A stretch of DNA of 64,000 bases from the NCBI RefSeq assembly GCF_036365525.1, contig NC_090372.1:180087800-180151799 (forward strand), read 5' to 3'. Made by a program: the position numbers and the translations under genes. The notes beneath the pieces are model-generated. The model saw nothing but the letters and a program-made list of their open reading frames with translations. It did no database searches and was not told where the DNA came from. The number at the start of each line of letters is the position of its first letter. The first letter of the stretch is position 1. This DNA comes from Heterodontus francisci. Its lineage: Eukaryota. Of the stretch, positions 1 to 12,616 are shown piece after piece.

Positions 1-605
1 TCCGGAGTCAGTCTTGAGAACTCCCAAGCCCAAGAGTATACCACTGGGCCACCACCTCTGGTGGGGCAGGACATACCCAAGGATGGTGATGGGGGCATCT
101 AGGTCATTGGCTGAAAGGTATGTTTCTATGAGCATGTGTAGACAGTGGGACAGTTCTCTAACTTTGGTACAAGTTCCCAGATGTTAATGAGGAGGTTTTT
201 GCAAGGTCAACTGGGTGTGCCTTTGTCATATCTGAATCTAATGTATAGGTCAAAGCCGATTGATCTGTCCGGTTTTATTCTTATTCAGCTTTTTATAGCA
301 CTTTGGTACAACTGAGAGACTTGTTAGGCCATTTCAGAGGGCAGTTAAGAGTCAACCACATTGCTGTGGGACTGGAGTTACATAAAGGTCAGACTGGGTA
401 AGAATGGCAGATTTATTTTCCTGAAGGACAAGTGAACCAGATGGATTTTTACTGCAAACTAACAGTTTCATGGTCACCATACTGATAATGGCTTTTTAAA
501 AATTTCAGATTTATATAATTAAGTGAATTTAAATTCACTGGCTGCCATGGTGGGATTTGAACTCCATATTATTAATCCAGTAACATAAACACTATGCTAT
601 TGTAC
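1..605 (-). mobile_element. 5' end of a CR1/L2-group LINE: tRNA-like head, 5' UTR and decayed start of the APE endonuclease
   Basis: Minus strand of ~540-605 reads TAGCATAGTGT...GAGTTCAAATCCC (A/B-box-like). ~50-230 encodes decayed VPKLxELSH...ETYLS...ITIxGY, resembling an APE N-terminus. The head is homologous to 47293-47600. Confidence 0.65.
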
Positions 606-845
606 CCTTACTATGGTTCAGGTGGAAAATATTGAGATACAAATTAATGTACAAACCCATGACTGCGAAGAGCATTCAAAATTCAGATCTGTGCCACTGA
701 AAGACTAACAGAGATTTCTAATATAAAATGTCAGGCAGAATACCTATTCATGGCTACATTTGTTCACACAAGAAAAATTTTGTGATGGTTTTAGACCTGA
801 CTGCAACTACCAGGTTAAAACTACCTTTATTTTTGCTCTTTTAGT

Positions 846-1175
846 TTGGCTCAGTTGGTAGCACTAATGTCTTTGGTCAAAATTTTGGAGGCTCAATGCC
901 TATTCCAGGATTTGAACACACAATCTATGTTGACATTCAAAACAAAGACAAGAGAGTGCTGTGTTATTGAAGAAGAGATGTTAAACTTAGGCCCTCTCTG
1001 CCTGTTCCAGTGGTTCAGTTGTATACTATTTAAAGAGTCCAGGCCAACATTCCCCTTGACCTTCAGCAACAATTTTAGGCAAACTGACTATTTACCTCAT
1101 TGATGTTGGTGGGTCCTTGCTATATAACAAAACGGCTTACACATTTGTTTATATAGCAAAAGTCACTACATTTCA
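846..1175 (+). mobile_element. Degenerate tRNA-derived Deu-domain SINE (SacSINE1-like)
   Basis: TGGCTCAGTTGGTAGCACT A-box head and GAGATGTTAAAC..AGGCCC Deu-type core; similar to the copies at 33510 and 41170. Confidence 0.6.
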
Positions 1176-1179
1176 TTTA

Positions 1180-1810
1180 TGAAACATTTGGTCCATTCAT
1201 GAAGGTGAAATATTTAGCCCATTCATATATGTGAAACATTTGGTCCATTCATGTACAACAACAATAACAACAAATTGTATTTATATAGATTGTTTAATGT
1301 AGTAAAATATCTCATGGCACTTCAGAGCAGTGTGATCAAACATAATTTGACACCAAGCCCATAAGGAGGTATTAGGGCAGATGACCAAAAGATTGGTCAA
1401 ACAGGTAAGTTTTAAGGAATATCTTAAAAGAGAATAGAGAGGTAAGGAGGCAGAGAGATTTAGGGAGGAAATCCAAGAGCTTAGGGCCTCGGCAGCTGAA
1501 GATGCGGCCGCCAATGATGGAGTGATCAACATCAGAGATGTGCAAAAGGCAAGAATTGGAGGAGTGCAGATATCTCGGAGGGTTGCGAGGGTTGGAGTAG
1601 GTTACAGAGATAGGGAGGGATTTGAAAATAAGGATGTGAATTTTAAAATCAAAGCTTTGCTTAATCAGGAGCCAACGCAGGTCAGCAAACACAGGGATGA
1701 TAGGTGAACAGGACGTGGTGAGTGTAAAGTCATGGGCTGCAGAGACATTTGGTCCATTCATGCAAGTAGGTGAAACATTTAGTTTGTTCATGTAGGTAAA
1801 ACATTTGCAA
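1180..1810. repeat. ~26-bp minisatellite (GAAACATTTGGTCCATTCATG core) split by an L2 insertion
   Basis: Units at ~1181, ~1207, ~1233 and again at ~1743, ~1772, ~1797. Confidence 0.75.
1256..1742 (-). mobile_element. L2 LINE 3' fragment
   Basis: Minus strand encodes PIIPVFADLRWL...FKIHILIFKSL and ends in a TTG-rich tail; homologous to the other L2 3' ends in the window. Confidence 0.85.
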
Positions 1811-3677
1811 ATTGTTTGAGAGACATAGTAAGGCACAGTATAAAAGTCTTTCTATTCTTTTTCTTAGCTTTAGTTGCAAAATGCACCTTAATTTTCTTTC
1901 TTTTGGTTGTTCAAAAACTGTTGTGTCATCAAGAAAAACAAAAATATTTCTGCAAGATTCAAGTCTCTTTGGGTTTCCTTTCTGCCTTTGACCTGCATTT
2001 TAAAGTAACTTCCCAACTCTTACCAGCTAGAAGCTGGCAGATCATTTTTATTATTACTCCACTTAGTTAAGAAGATCTGCCAAGGACCTGACTGCACAAA
2101 ATAATTTATTTAACTTTTAATGACATTTCTGCTTGAGGATATTTGGATTGATACAGGGTTGGTTCCACCATTAGTCCCACATAAAGCATATTCAACAATG
2201 ATTAACAACTCATAAAAGTTATTTATGTAATCATCCTTGTATACAGAAGCCAAAGGGTACTGGCAGATATGTGGTCACACAAGTGTGACAAACATGATCT
2301 AGGTAACAAAGTAACAAAGCATCTACCAGTATCCCCAGAAATCAGAATGCTTTAAAATGTTTGCACAACAGGTTTTGCCGATTTTATTGTGAGAATCGGA
2401 TTCAGACATAAGGGAAAATTTTAGCCCCCAGGGACAGGCATATGGAAAGATACAAGTGGTTAAAATCTCAAATTCTCCTCCAAACTGCCCACTTTCGAGG
2501 TGAGTCGGGTGGGTTGGGGGGTGGGGCGCGAAGGGCAATCGATTTACTCTCAGGAGTCAGGTGGGTTATTGAAATCTTTTAAGGAGGCAACATGCATTTT
2601 AATATGGTTTTAATTTTTAATTCACAGAGGCTGGGATTCCTAAGCCTCAGTAAATGACTGCAAATAACTGGACCCTCACCATCGGCCAACTCCCACCCAG
2701 CCCCCGACCCCCTGAACTGTCTGATTTCTCTCCCCCAAGACCCCCTGCCATATTCAACACTCCTGCAATGCCCAACCCCTTCATGCCCATGATATCTGGC
2801 TCCAACCCTACAGACGTCCAATCTCCCCAAACCCACCCACCGCTCCCCGGTCAGACTTAACATGCATCCACTCCTCCGCTGGCTTCCCACCTGACAGGCA
2901 GCCAGCCTGTCAATCTAGCTGGCTGTCGGACCGGAAACCTGTTGGAAAAAATTTAAAAGACATCTTGCAGTTCAACGCAGAACATCCGAGGAACCCGAAC
3001 ATCAGCAAAGGGAGGGATAAGTAGTGCGGATAATGAGGCAGTACTAGGCCTCACTGGCCATGTGAAGAAGACACTAAGGACAAGACAGACCTACAATGAG
3101 GCAGTGACGATACAGCCCGTCGAGCCTGTTCCACCATTCAATACGGTCATGACTGATCTTCTTCCTCAACTCCACTTTCCAGCCCCCTCCCCATATCTCT
3201 TGATTCCCTTGAGTTCACAAACTAATTTCCTGTGTCTGAGAGAGAGAGGAAGAGAGAGAGACAAGACACATTTGACCCATGCCTTAAGTTTGTATGCTCA
3301 GGAGTTTCACCCGCTGAGTTGTGAATCACCAGGGGCTTCGAATTAGACACATTCTTAGAACTAAGGGGTGAAGAATTTGTTCATGTCGTACCACTTCAAG
3401 AGTTGCGCCTATTCCCCGGGGTCAGACAGCACTGCTGACCACTACCTCCATGGGGTTTCATCAATAATATTAATGGGAAATGCCATGTGGCCACTGCAGC
3501 TAGTGGCCAGTGGTGATACCTGTCCCCAGGGAATCAATATAAGTCTGTGTAGTACTGCTTGAAGTCACGCTACGCAAACAAATTATTCTCCCAAGATGTC
3601 TTTCATTGTAAATTTAAATGAGTAGACAACCATCAACACAGAATGGAAACCATTCTTGCTGAGAGCCAATGTCTTTA

Positions 3678-5120
3678 AGAACATAAGAAATAGGAACAGG
3701 GGTAGGCCACACGGCCCCTAGAAGCTGCTCCGCCATTCAATGCGATCACAGCTCATCTTCTGCCTCAACTCCACTTGCCCGCCCACTCCCCATATCCTTT
3801 GATTCCCTGAGACACCAAACATTTGTCTATCTCAGTCTTAAAAATATTCAACAATGAAGCATCCACAATCCTCTGGGATGGAGGACATTTCACAAACCTT
3901 TGAGTGAAGAAATTTCTCCTCATCTCAGTCCTAAATGGTCAGCCATTTATCCTGAGACTGTGTGCTGTGTTCTAGATTCTCCAGCCAGGGGAAATAATCT
4001 TTCAGTATCTACCCCATCAAGTCCCTTCAGACGCTTGCGTTTTAATAAGATCACCTCTCATTCTTCTAAATTCCAGAGAATACAAATTCAATTTACTCAG
4101 CCTCTCATCATAGGACAACCCTTTCATCTCAGGGACCAATCTAGTGAATCTTTGCTGTACCGCCTCCAATGCAAGTATATCCTTCCTTAGATATGGAGAC
4201 CAAAACTGCGCACGGTACTCCAGGTATGGTCTCACCAAAGCCCTGTACAAAGCCCTGTACAATTATAGCAAGACTTCCTTACTCTTGTACTCCAAAAATA
4301 TTGCAATAAAGGTCAACATGCCATTTGCCTTCCTAATTGCTTGCTGTACCTGCATGCTAGCTTTCTGTGTTCCTTGTACAAGTGCACCCAAGACCCTCTG
4401 AACATCAACATTTACAAGTCTCATGCCTTGTAAAAAATATTCTGGTTTTCCACTCTTTCTACAACCTCACACCTCCTGCATTGTACTCCTTCTTGTTTCC
4501 CACTCACTTAACCTGTTTATATATCTTTGCAGCTTCTTTGTGTCCTCCTCATAGCTTACATCCCCATTGAGCTTTGTATCTTCAGCAATTGTAGATACAT
4601 TACCCGTGGGCTCTTCGTCAAAGTCATTAATATAGATTGTAGCTAGCTGAGACCTCAGCACTGATTCTTGTGACACACCACTAGTTACAGCCTGATAACT
4701 TGAAAATGCCCTGTTCATCCTTACTCTTTGCTTCCTGTCCATTAACCAATCCTCTATCCATGTTAATATATTATCCCTAACTCCATGTGCCTATTAACCT
4801 TTTGTGTGACACCGTATCAAATGCCTTTTGGAAATCCAAATATACGACATCTACAGACTCCGCTTTATCTACCCTACTTGTTACATCCTCAAAAAAACTC
4901 ATAAATTTGTCAAACATGATTTCCCTTTGGTAAAACTATGTTGACTTTGTCTGATCATACTATTACTTTCTAAGTGGATTCTTAAGACTTCCTTAATCAT
5001 AGATTCCAGCATTTTCCCAACAACTAATGTCAGGCTAACTGACCTGTAGTGCCCTGATTTTTCTCTCCCTCCTTTCTTGATTTTTGGAGTTATATTTGCT
5101 AACTTCTAATCCGCTGGAAA
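3678..5120 (-). mobile_element. CR1 LINE, decayed 3' part of ORF2 plus 3' UTR
   Basis: YRALVRPYLEY..QFWSPYLRKDILALEAVQQRFTRL (ORF 4017..4262) and SGVSQESVL..IYINDF..AEDTKL (ORF 4467..4742). Confidence 0.9.
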
Positions 5121-6018
5121 AAAAGTAGCACCCATTTTCCCCCTGTGCGCCGAATTCCCACTTGCACTAAATTCCAGACTTAGCACTCAGTTTACAAAAC
5201 ACTCTGCTCCTGGATCTTTGTGTGTCAGTGATTGGCTGTTGTAACTGATTGACCCTTTGTTTCCGAGTAGTGTCGAAGCTACAGCAACTTGACTAAATAA
5301 ACAGTTTTGTGGCTGACACATCTCTCTTTTAGTAGCTAAATAACACTGAAGACCACCAGCTTAGTTTCACATATGCTAGTTAATGTTAAAATATAAATAC
5401 TACATAAATTAACAAAATTCCATCCAGTTAAGACAGCAAAAACCCTCAACTGAGTCGCAGTTTATTGAATGAGGTGCAACTGGGTTTTTAATATGGACAA
5501 TGTTCATAAATACTGTTGAGAAGCCTCACTGGCCCTGAAAAATTAATATTATATTTGTCGAATGTCAAATTTCTCCATTATGACAAAAATATTCACACAT
5601 TTTATTTTTTCAATGTTTGTTTATATTTCAGCTTCTACCTTAATCCCATGTGTATGCCCCAATCATTTATTTTGCTCTCTGTTAAATTTACTTAAAAGAG
5701 GATCAGTGCTTTTAACTTCCTAGTTTGCTGCCTGTGAGAAAATCTTAATGTGATTGGCTGCTTACCCTGCTTGCTGATATCACTGTTGCTGGACGCCTGG
5801 AGAACTCTTTGACTTGACGCCAAATTCAAACTAATGTTGAGCAAGAGGAAATCCACCCCACAGTAATCGATAGAACTTTGTAGGCAGCTTGCTTCGCGAT
5901 GAGTGGTGAGCACTGTTGCTTCACTGCTGACCACAAAATCCGAGCCATAATCATAATTAAATGTAACTTTATATCTCCTTGCGTGGTCATAAAGAGACCT
6001 TATATGGTGTCAGAATAT

Positions 6019-6854
6019 TGTGATGGACTCTGTGTGTGCAGACTGCTATCTGAACAGTTGACCTGTTGAATATACTGCTAGGTGCCCTGCCTTTGGATTC
6101 AAAACTTGTATTTTTTCTGCAACAGTCATTCACTGGAAAAGGAAACTGAAAGCTTCAGACTTCTGAGAGGATGGAATTGGTTAGGACCAGTTAAATCAAA
6201 CAGTCATAGGATCAGAGGTGTGACCAGAAACATGTGACTGGAGCTTAGGTTTCAGTTTACCAGATTACAGACTGCAGTGTTGAAGCAAAACAGCAACTAT
6301 TGTTTAACAAAAGCTGTGATTGGGACCTGGTTTTCTGGGAGCTGGCCCTTGGCAAATACAAGTTGCTACAGCTGTTTTCAGTGAATTAAAGAGTTACTAA
6401 AGGTGACACCGACGGAACTACGCAATCAAAACTGTTGTGAGCAAAACTACAGAAGTTTTGGAAGGGTGTGCAGTTTTGGCAGAGAAGGTATTGGTGGAGT
6501 TCGGATTGCAGGGGAACTGCTATCGAATAGAAATTGGCATTTACATCTTGGAAGGTGGGATCAGGAGATCTACTTGAAAGGTTCAAAGACCCGAAGGACT
6601 TTGTGGCTGTAATTGGTGCCCTCCCTGCTGAGAGGACTACCCAAAAAACTGTGAGATCTATCTTTGTTGCATCTGATAATTAATTATAGTTATATAATGA
6701 TTTAACTGTTAGTTCATGTTTAATTTTTATTGGCTTTGGTTTGAGTGTTAAAGTAAAATTTATAAAAGTGAAATCTTGTCCTTTTTTTTTCTAAATTGTG
6801 GTCAGTCGGTGGATTGGATTCTTTTGGTTTATGATCTCCATGGGGATGATAACA
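6019..6854 (+). mobile_element. Solo LTR (Gypsy-type)
   Basis: Starts TGTG, ends TAACA, flanked by 4-bp TSD ATAT (6015-6018 and 6855-6858). Its right end is homologous, inverted, to 55626-55740. Confidence 0.75.
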
Positions 6855-8349
6855 ATATGCATGTTATTTTTGTGTACATTTATAGCTCTGACATCAGATG
6901 CCCATTGTGCTTTTGCCTCTGAGACATTACAATCATTGTTCTTCATGACTGATGGCCTCCTCACTTGCATGGCGCACACTCTTGTCCATGATAAGAATCA
7001 AGAAGGAAATAATAGTTGCATATTTAATGCTAAACAATGGTTAAATTACACATGTGTCAGAGATCCTTTATTGCCTTGGGGTTTCTATTGATCAAATAGG
7101 AACGTGGACATTTGTATACATCTGTGTCTCAAATATGCTCAGTCACCTCACTGCATGGGGCATTGTGTGCCCATGTCACTAGGGACACATCTTAGGAAAG
7201 TGTAAAATGCACCATTGGGAGCTGGGCCAGGGAGATGTTGAGGCTTTCTCACCCAACCCCCAGCACCCCTCAATAAACACCATACAATGCCCCCACTAGC
7301 TGTCTTTTCTGGGAGGCTGATCGACAATTCTTTTTAAAAGTTTTGGCACACCATTGCTTTTGAGGGGGTCCAGTTCATAAACTGAGCCTAGACCTCCATG
7401 TGGGCCCCACAAACATTACTCCAAAGACTGGTACACCTCTGAGTTCTCAGCATATTGGGGTCAAAGATGACATGACCTTCTGCAAGATAATGAAGTCATG
7501 AGAACATTCGATGCAGAGTTATGAGAAAGTGAATAGTGACTGCTTATTTCCACTGGGTGATTCAAGAGAAATAATAGGGTACAAGGTTGAAATAATTATT
7601 AAAAGAATTAAAGAGAGGGTGGTTGCAGCATGAAATTCGTTGTTGAAGCAGAGTCCATAAATTCCTTTAACAGAAATTTAGATGCTTGCTTGAAGTAAAG
7701 GAATATTAAAGATAGCAGCGAGAGAACAGAGGCATGGGATTTGACTAGGTGGCTAATATGACGAATAACACTGAAACATGATGTGCAAAATGGCTTGTTT
7801 TTATGCTGTGATATTCTATGAGTCGGATTCTCCTCTGATTTCAGGCAAGATAGCAATGGAAAATATTGGAAAATTTGGGTACTGAGTCCTATTGGTGACA
7901 AACTACCTCTTCGGCATTTCGCTCCTGTTGCCCTACAAGGTCGTTGCTGGTGAACCCAGGTACACAGTGGAGTTCTCTCCTGTCCTTCCTAGTTCCTGCA
8001 CCTTCCCAGGGAAGAAGGTGATAGTCAGCCCTTGGAAGTGGTGGAATGTCGCTGAGATCCTCCTGTGGAAGGAGAGGGCCTGTAGCTGCCTCCTTCTCCT
8101 CCAACCTGGTGCCCAGTGACTTAGCTGTGTGTACCTTCCGCCCTGAAATTTACGGGAGGGAGCGGTGGTTGGTGGGTAGGAGGTGTTTAAGGAGGCTGGG
8201 AAACATGTAAATATGCTAATACGGAGGTCCTTGCAAATTTAGTGACAGGAGTTCAATTAAATTTTTTTTCACCATTTCCTGGTGGGAGCAGTCATATTGA
8301 GAGAGTAGCTGTCTGTTGGATGGGAAGCCCACAATCGAGCAGCAGTGAG

Positions 8350-8700
8350 GAAAGAAGCAGAGATCAGATCGGAGCATGTATCGGACAGAGATCGGAGTGT
8401 GTGTCGGGCAGATAACAGAGCGTGGGTTGGGGCTGATCGGAGCATGTGTCATGGGGCAATTGGAGTGTGTGTCGAAGGAGATCAAAGTGTACATCAGGCA
8501 AGATTACAGCATGGGCCAAGGAGAGATGGGAGCGTGGGACAGACAGAGATTAGAGTGTGGATAATGGGGAGATCAAAAAGAAAAAAAATGAGTGTGAGTC
8601 GGGGGAGATCTGAGTACATCGAGGTAGATCAGAGCATGGGTCGGGGAGAGATCAGAGCGTAGTCAGGGTGTGAAAGATCAGTGAGAGTCAGGAAGGATGA
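8350..8700. repeat. Degenerate purine-rich minisatellite (GGAGATCAGAGYRTGTGTC-like unit)
   Basis: Repeated GATCGGAG/GATCAGAG motifs spaced about 21-24 bp apart. Confidence 0.6.
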
Positions 8701-9214
8701 GATTGGATCATGGATTACAATTCAGGTTAGCTTGAGGGGCCGAGGGATGTAGTCCTCCTCCTCCTCCTGGCCCATAAGCAATACTGGAAAGGCGCTTACT
8801 TAACTGATGGATCCAATTCTTCTTGTCTCCATTCAGTTGCTGAATTTCCCAGCCCTGGGAAACCCAAACCACAGCAGTTAAATCTGAAAGGCTGTTAAAA
8901 TTTTAGGCATGCAGACTCATAACATATTTACATAATGGACCTGCCTCTCAATAGTAGGTTAGTCACCCACCAATCACCCGAAAGTCAGCACGCGAGTGCT
9001 GGGTTGGTGTTGGGTTTCAGATTTTTGACATTTTAGCCGATCCCCCCTGCCCCTCTCCCATCTATCACGTGAGGTTAAAATTACCCACTTTTAGTCTCTG
9101 CGGAGGCGTAGGAACGCTGTATTTATCAGTTTGGGGGGCATTTCTGCTCCTATAATGCCATTCCCACAACTCGTGGTGATGCACAATAGACCTCTATAGT
9201 ACTGTCAGAATTGT

Positions 9215-10030
9215 TTTTGATATTCGTTCATGGGATGTGGTAAGGCCAGGATTTGTCGCCCATCCCTAATTTCCCTTGAGAAGGTGGTGGTGAGCTGTCT
9301 TCTTGAACTGCTGCAGTCCTTGGGGTGTAGGTATACCCGCAGTGCTGTTAGGAAGGGGTTCCAGGTTTTTGACCCAGCGACAGTGAAGGAACAGCGATAT
9401 GGTTCCAAGTTAGGATGGTGTGTGTCCTGGAGGGGAATCTGTAGGTTTTGGTGTTCCCATGGCCTGCTGCCCTTGTCCTTCTAGATGGTAGAGGTCACAC
9501 GTTTGCAAGGTGCTGTTGAAGGAGGCTTGGTGAGTTGCTTCAGTGCATCTTGTATATGGTACACACTGCTGCCACTGTGCTGGTCGTGGAGGGAGTGAAT
9601 GTTTAAGTTGGTGGATGAGGTGCCAATCAAACAGGCTGTTTTGTCCTGGATGGTGTTGAGTTCTTGAGTGTTGTTGGAGCCGCATTCATCCACGGAAGTG
9701 GAGAGTATTCCATCACACACCTGACTTGTGCCTTGTAAATGGTGGACAGGCTTTGGGGAGTCAGGAGTTACTCGCTGCAGAATTCCCAGCCTCTGACCCG
9801 CTCTTGTAGCTACAGCGTTTATGTGGCTGGTCCAGTTAAGTTTCAGATCAATGGTGACCCCAGGATGTTGATGGTAGGGGATTCAGTGATGGTAATGCCA
9901 TTGAATGTCAAGGGCAGATGGTTAGATTCTCTCTTGTTGATGGTCACTGGCTGGTACTTGTGTGGTACGAATGTTACTTGCCACTTATCAGCCCAAGCCT
10001 GAAGGAAGTCCAGGTCTTGTTGCATGTGGA
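9215..10030 (-). mobile_element. CR1/L2-group LINE (family 2), 3' fragment
   Basis: MQQDLDFLQAWADKWQVTFVPHK...SPTINILG and LNTIQDKTACLIG; the 3' tail matches 45650-45720. Confidence 0.9.
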
Positions 10031-10399
10031 CCTCAGGACTGCTGGTGGCCCCTCTTGATAGTGGGAAATCACAACAAGAACCCATCATGTGTGGGTAATT
10101 ACCCCCAACCCAAGGAGTCAGTGGGGCAGGGACAATTGTTGCCCTGCCACTACACTGCCCATTACAGGAAAATACAGCTTCACATAGAATCACAGAAAGA
10201 GACCATTTGGCCCACAGAGTGTGAGTTGGCTCTTTTGAAGAGCAATCCAGTTAGTCACACTCCCCAGATCTTTCCCAGATCACTGCAAATTTTTTCTCCT
10301 TCAACTATGTATCCAATTCCCAATATCTAAGAGCTATAATAACCATCAGTATGCCATCATGTGATTTCTGAAAGCTCAGAGATACCTGCTAATCCTCAC

Positions 10400-11120
10400 T
10401 AAAGGCCCGCTACCCGACCCGAACCCGACGACATGTGTCGGGTTCGGGTCAGGTCGGGTCGCTCTCCCGGGTCCGACTTTCGGGCTCGGCTCGGGTCGGG
10501 TCCAGGTCGGGCCGGGTCTGGGTCGGACACACACAGTATTAATTGGACTTGAAAGTACTGTACTGTATGTGTGTAAACTAGAGTCCTGACAGTGATCATT
10601 TTATATTTTTTATGTAAATATTGTATATTTTATAATAATTCATCACTCAGGGCCTTCCTGGTCTCTGCATCTCAGCTGCTCACTGGATAAACTTGCAGCA
10701 AGTATTTCAGCCTGTAAAGCAGGAGTCTAGGTAATGTATAGTGATATTTTCTGAGCCTTTGGGCAATTGCTGTGTTTATTTTAAGCAATACAGATACTGG
10801 TACAGTGTGGCACAACCTGTCTGGGCACAACTCCATGGGTTTCTGTTTAACCCGTGACCAAACAATCACTGACCTCGTGACTTCAATCTTCATTTTTTTA
10901 AACAACCATTCAAGTCCAATTACAGTTTTTGTTGCTTATCTGCACAAACTGAAAAAATGAAAAACGGATTCGGAATCGGAAGGTAGGTAAAGTGAACATT
11001 CCGGTGGTCGGGTCGGGCGCGGGAAAAAATGGAAGGACTCGGGCTGGGTCGGACTCGGGTCAGATGTGGTTCTGTCGGGTTCAGGTCCCTTTTTTTTTTC
11101 CAGACCCGAGCAGGCCTTTA
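10400..11120. mobile_element. Non-autonomous hAT DNA transposon (MITE), 721 bp
   Basis: TIRs TAAAGGCCCGCT / AGCAGGCCTTTA, perfect 8-bp TSD ATCCTCAC (10392-10399 and 11121-11128), and subterminal CCCGA/TCGGG repeat clusters at both ends. Confidence 0.93.
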
Positions 11121-11714
11121 ATCCTCACCTCATCTGTTTAGGAGTTATGAGATTAATGAACTACACATTATCTGCAAAATGTTTTTAAAACATTGTTGCA
11201 GATGATGAACTACATGATCAGGTAAGAGGCAAGTCATTGTTCTTTCTGATGGGGATGGAGCCTGGCCTAGTTTTGGCTTTAATCATGTCAACACTCACCG
11301 TCAGTGCCTGAATAATGGTGCTTTTCCAAATATTCTTTCACGGAGAGATTCAAGATGAGAGCTTCAACTTCAGTCTCCTATAACATGGTTTGGGGGTTGA
11401 TGAGCCACTACATCTATTGTAACAGGCTGTTGTCTAATAAGGCAGATCAGAGACGTGGCATTGGAAGTATCTCTCTGCGTTTCTCCAGCCTCTATTCTTG
11501 ATATTTGGATGCAATCATTGCCTAGCCACATTGAACCAGAAATAAACAATCAGACATCTTGAATTGTTAAGCCCTTTGAAAACACATAACCAGAATGGTT
11601 TTCTCTTGGTTAAAGCACACACAGTCAAAGCTGATGAAAGACGTCTGATACTCAGGATTTATTGCTTAACAATATCCACAAGTGAGTTCAGGCTGATGAT
11701 GGCTGAGCTTTCAA

Positions 11715-11945
11715 GTCGAAGAGACTTAGTAGTTGGCAGGAAAAAAGACAGAGGCGCAAGGGGAGAGCCAACTGTCCAACAGCCCCAACAAACAAATTTC
11801 TCTGCAGCACCTGTGGAAGAGCCTGTTACTCCAGAATTGGCCTTTATAGCCACTCCAGGCGCTGCTTCACAAACCACTGACCACCTCCAGGCGCGTATCC
11901 ATTGTCTCTCGAGATAAGGAGGCCCAAAAGAAAGAAAAAAAAAGA
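11715..11945 (+). mobile_element. 5'-truncated RTE LINE 3' end with 54-bp target-site duplication
   Basis: Matches the reverse complement of ~61495-61716 and encodes the C-terminal FLCSTCGRACYSRIGLYSHSRRC zinc finger. Identical 54-mers at 11661-11714 and 11946-11999. Confidence 0.92.
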
Positions 11946-12074
11946 ATTGCTTAACAATATCCACAAGTGAGTTCAGGCTGATGATGGCTGAGCTTTCAAT
12001 GAATCATTTGGTAACGTAATATATTGCCCCAGGGGTTGGAATATGAAAGGGAGGGAGATATGCTCCAGACCCTA

Positions 12075-12616
12075 TCTGGAAACTGAATTCAATTTTGGGC
12101 ACCACATCATCAGAAGGAGATATTGGCATTGGAAAGGATGCAGCACAGATTCATCAGAATGACACCATGACTTAGAGGGTTAAATTATGAGGACAGGTTG
12201 CATAAACTTGACTTGAATTCCCTTGAGTATAAAAGACTGAGGGATAACTTGATCAAAGTATTTAAAATGTTAAAAGGATTCAATTGGGTAGTTACAGAGA
12301 AATTATTTCCTCTGATGGGGGAATCAAGAACGAGGGGACATAACTTTAAAATTAGACACAGGTTATTTTAGAAGGGAAATCAGGAAGCACTTTTTCATGC
12401 AAAAGTTTGTAGAAGTCTGGAATTCTCACCCCTAAAACACTGTGGACACTGGGATAATTGGAGCATTCAAGACTGAGATTGATAGATTTTTGTACAAACG
12501 GATATGAAGGGCCATAGAGCTAAGGCATGAAATGGGGTTGAGGTACAGATTAGCCATGATCTAATTGAATGGCACAGTAGTCTCGAGGGACTGAATGGCC
12601 TACTCCTGTTCCTATG
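12075..12616 (+). mobile_element. CR1 3' fragment
   Basis: Decayed CR1 ORF2 C-terminus and the 3' UTR motif GAATGGCCTACTCCTGTTCCTAT. Confidence 0.85.

Noticed and set aside
1180-1810. Spaced direct repeats resembling a CRISPR array
   Set aside because: Units are degenerate and tandem without unique spacers, there are no cas genes, and the context is a vertebrate genome.
4237-4260. 12-bp tandem duplication AAAGCCCTGTAC
   Set aside because: Ordinary slippage inside a dead CR1.
6798-7091. 97-aa hydrophobic ORF as a membrane protein
   Set aside because: Starts inside the solo LTR, has no recognisable motif and no convincing splice donor.
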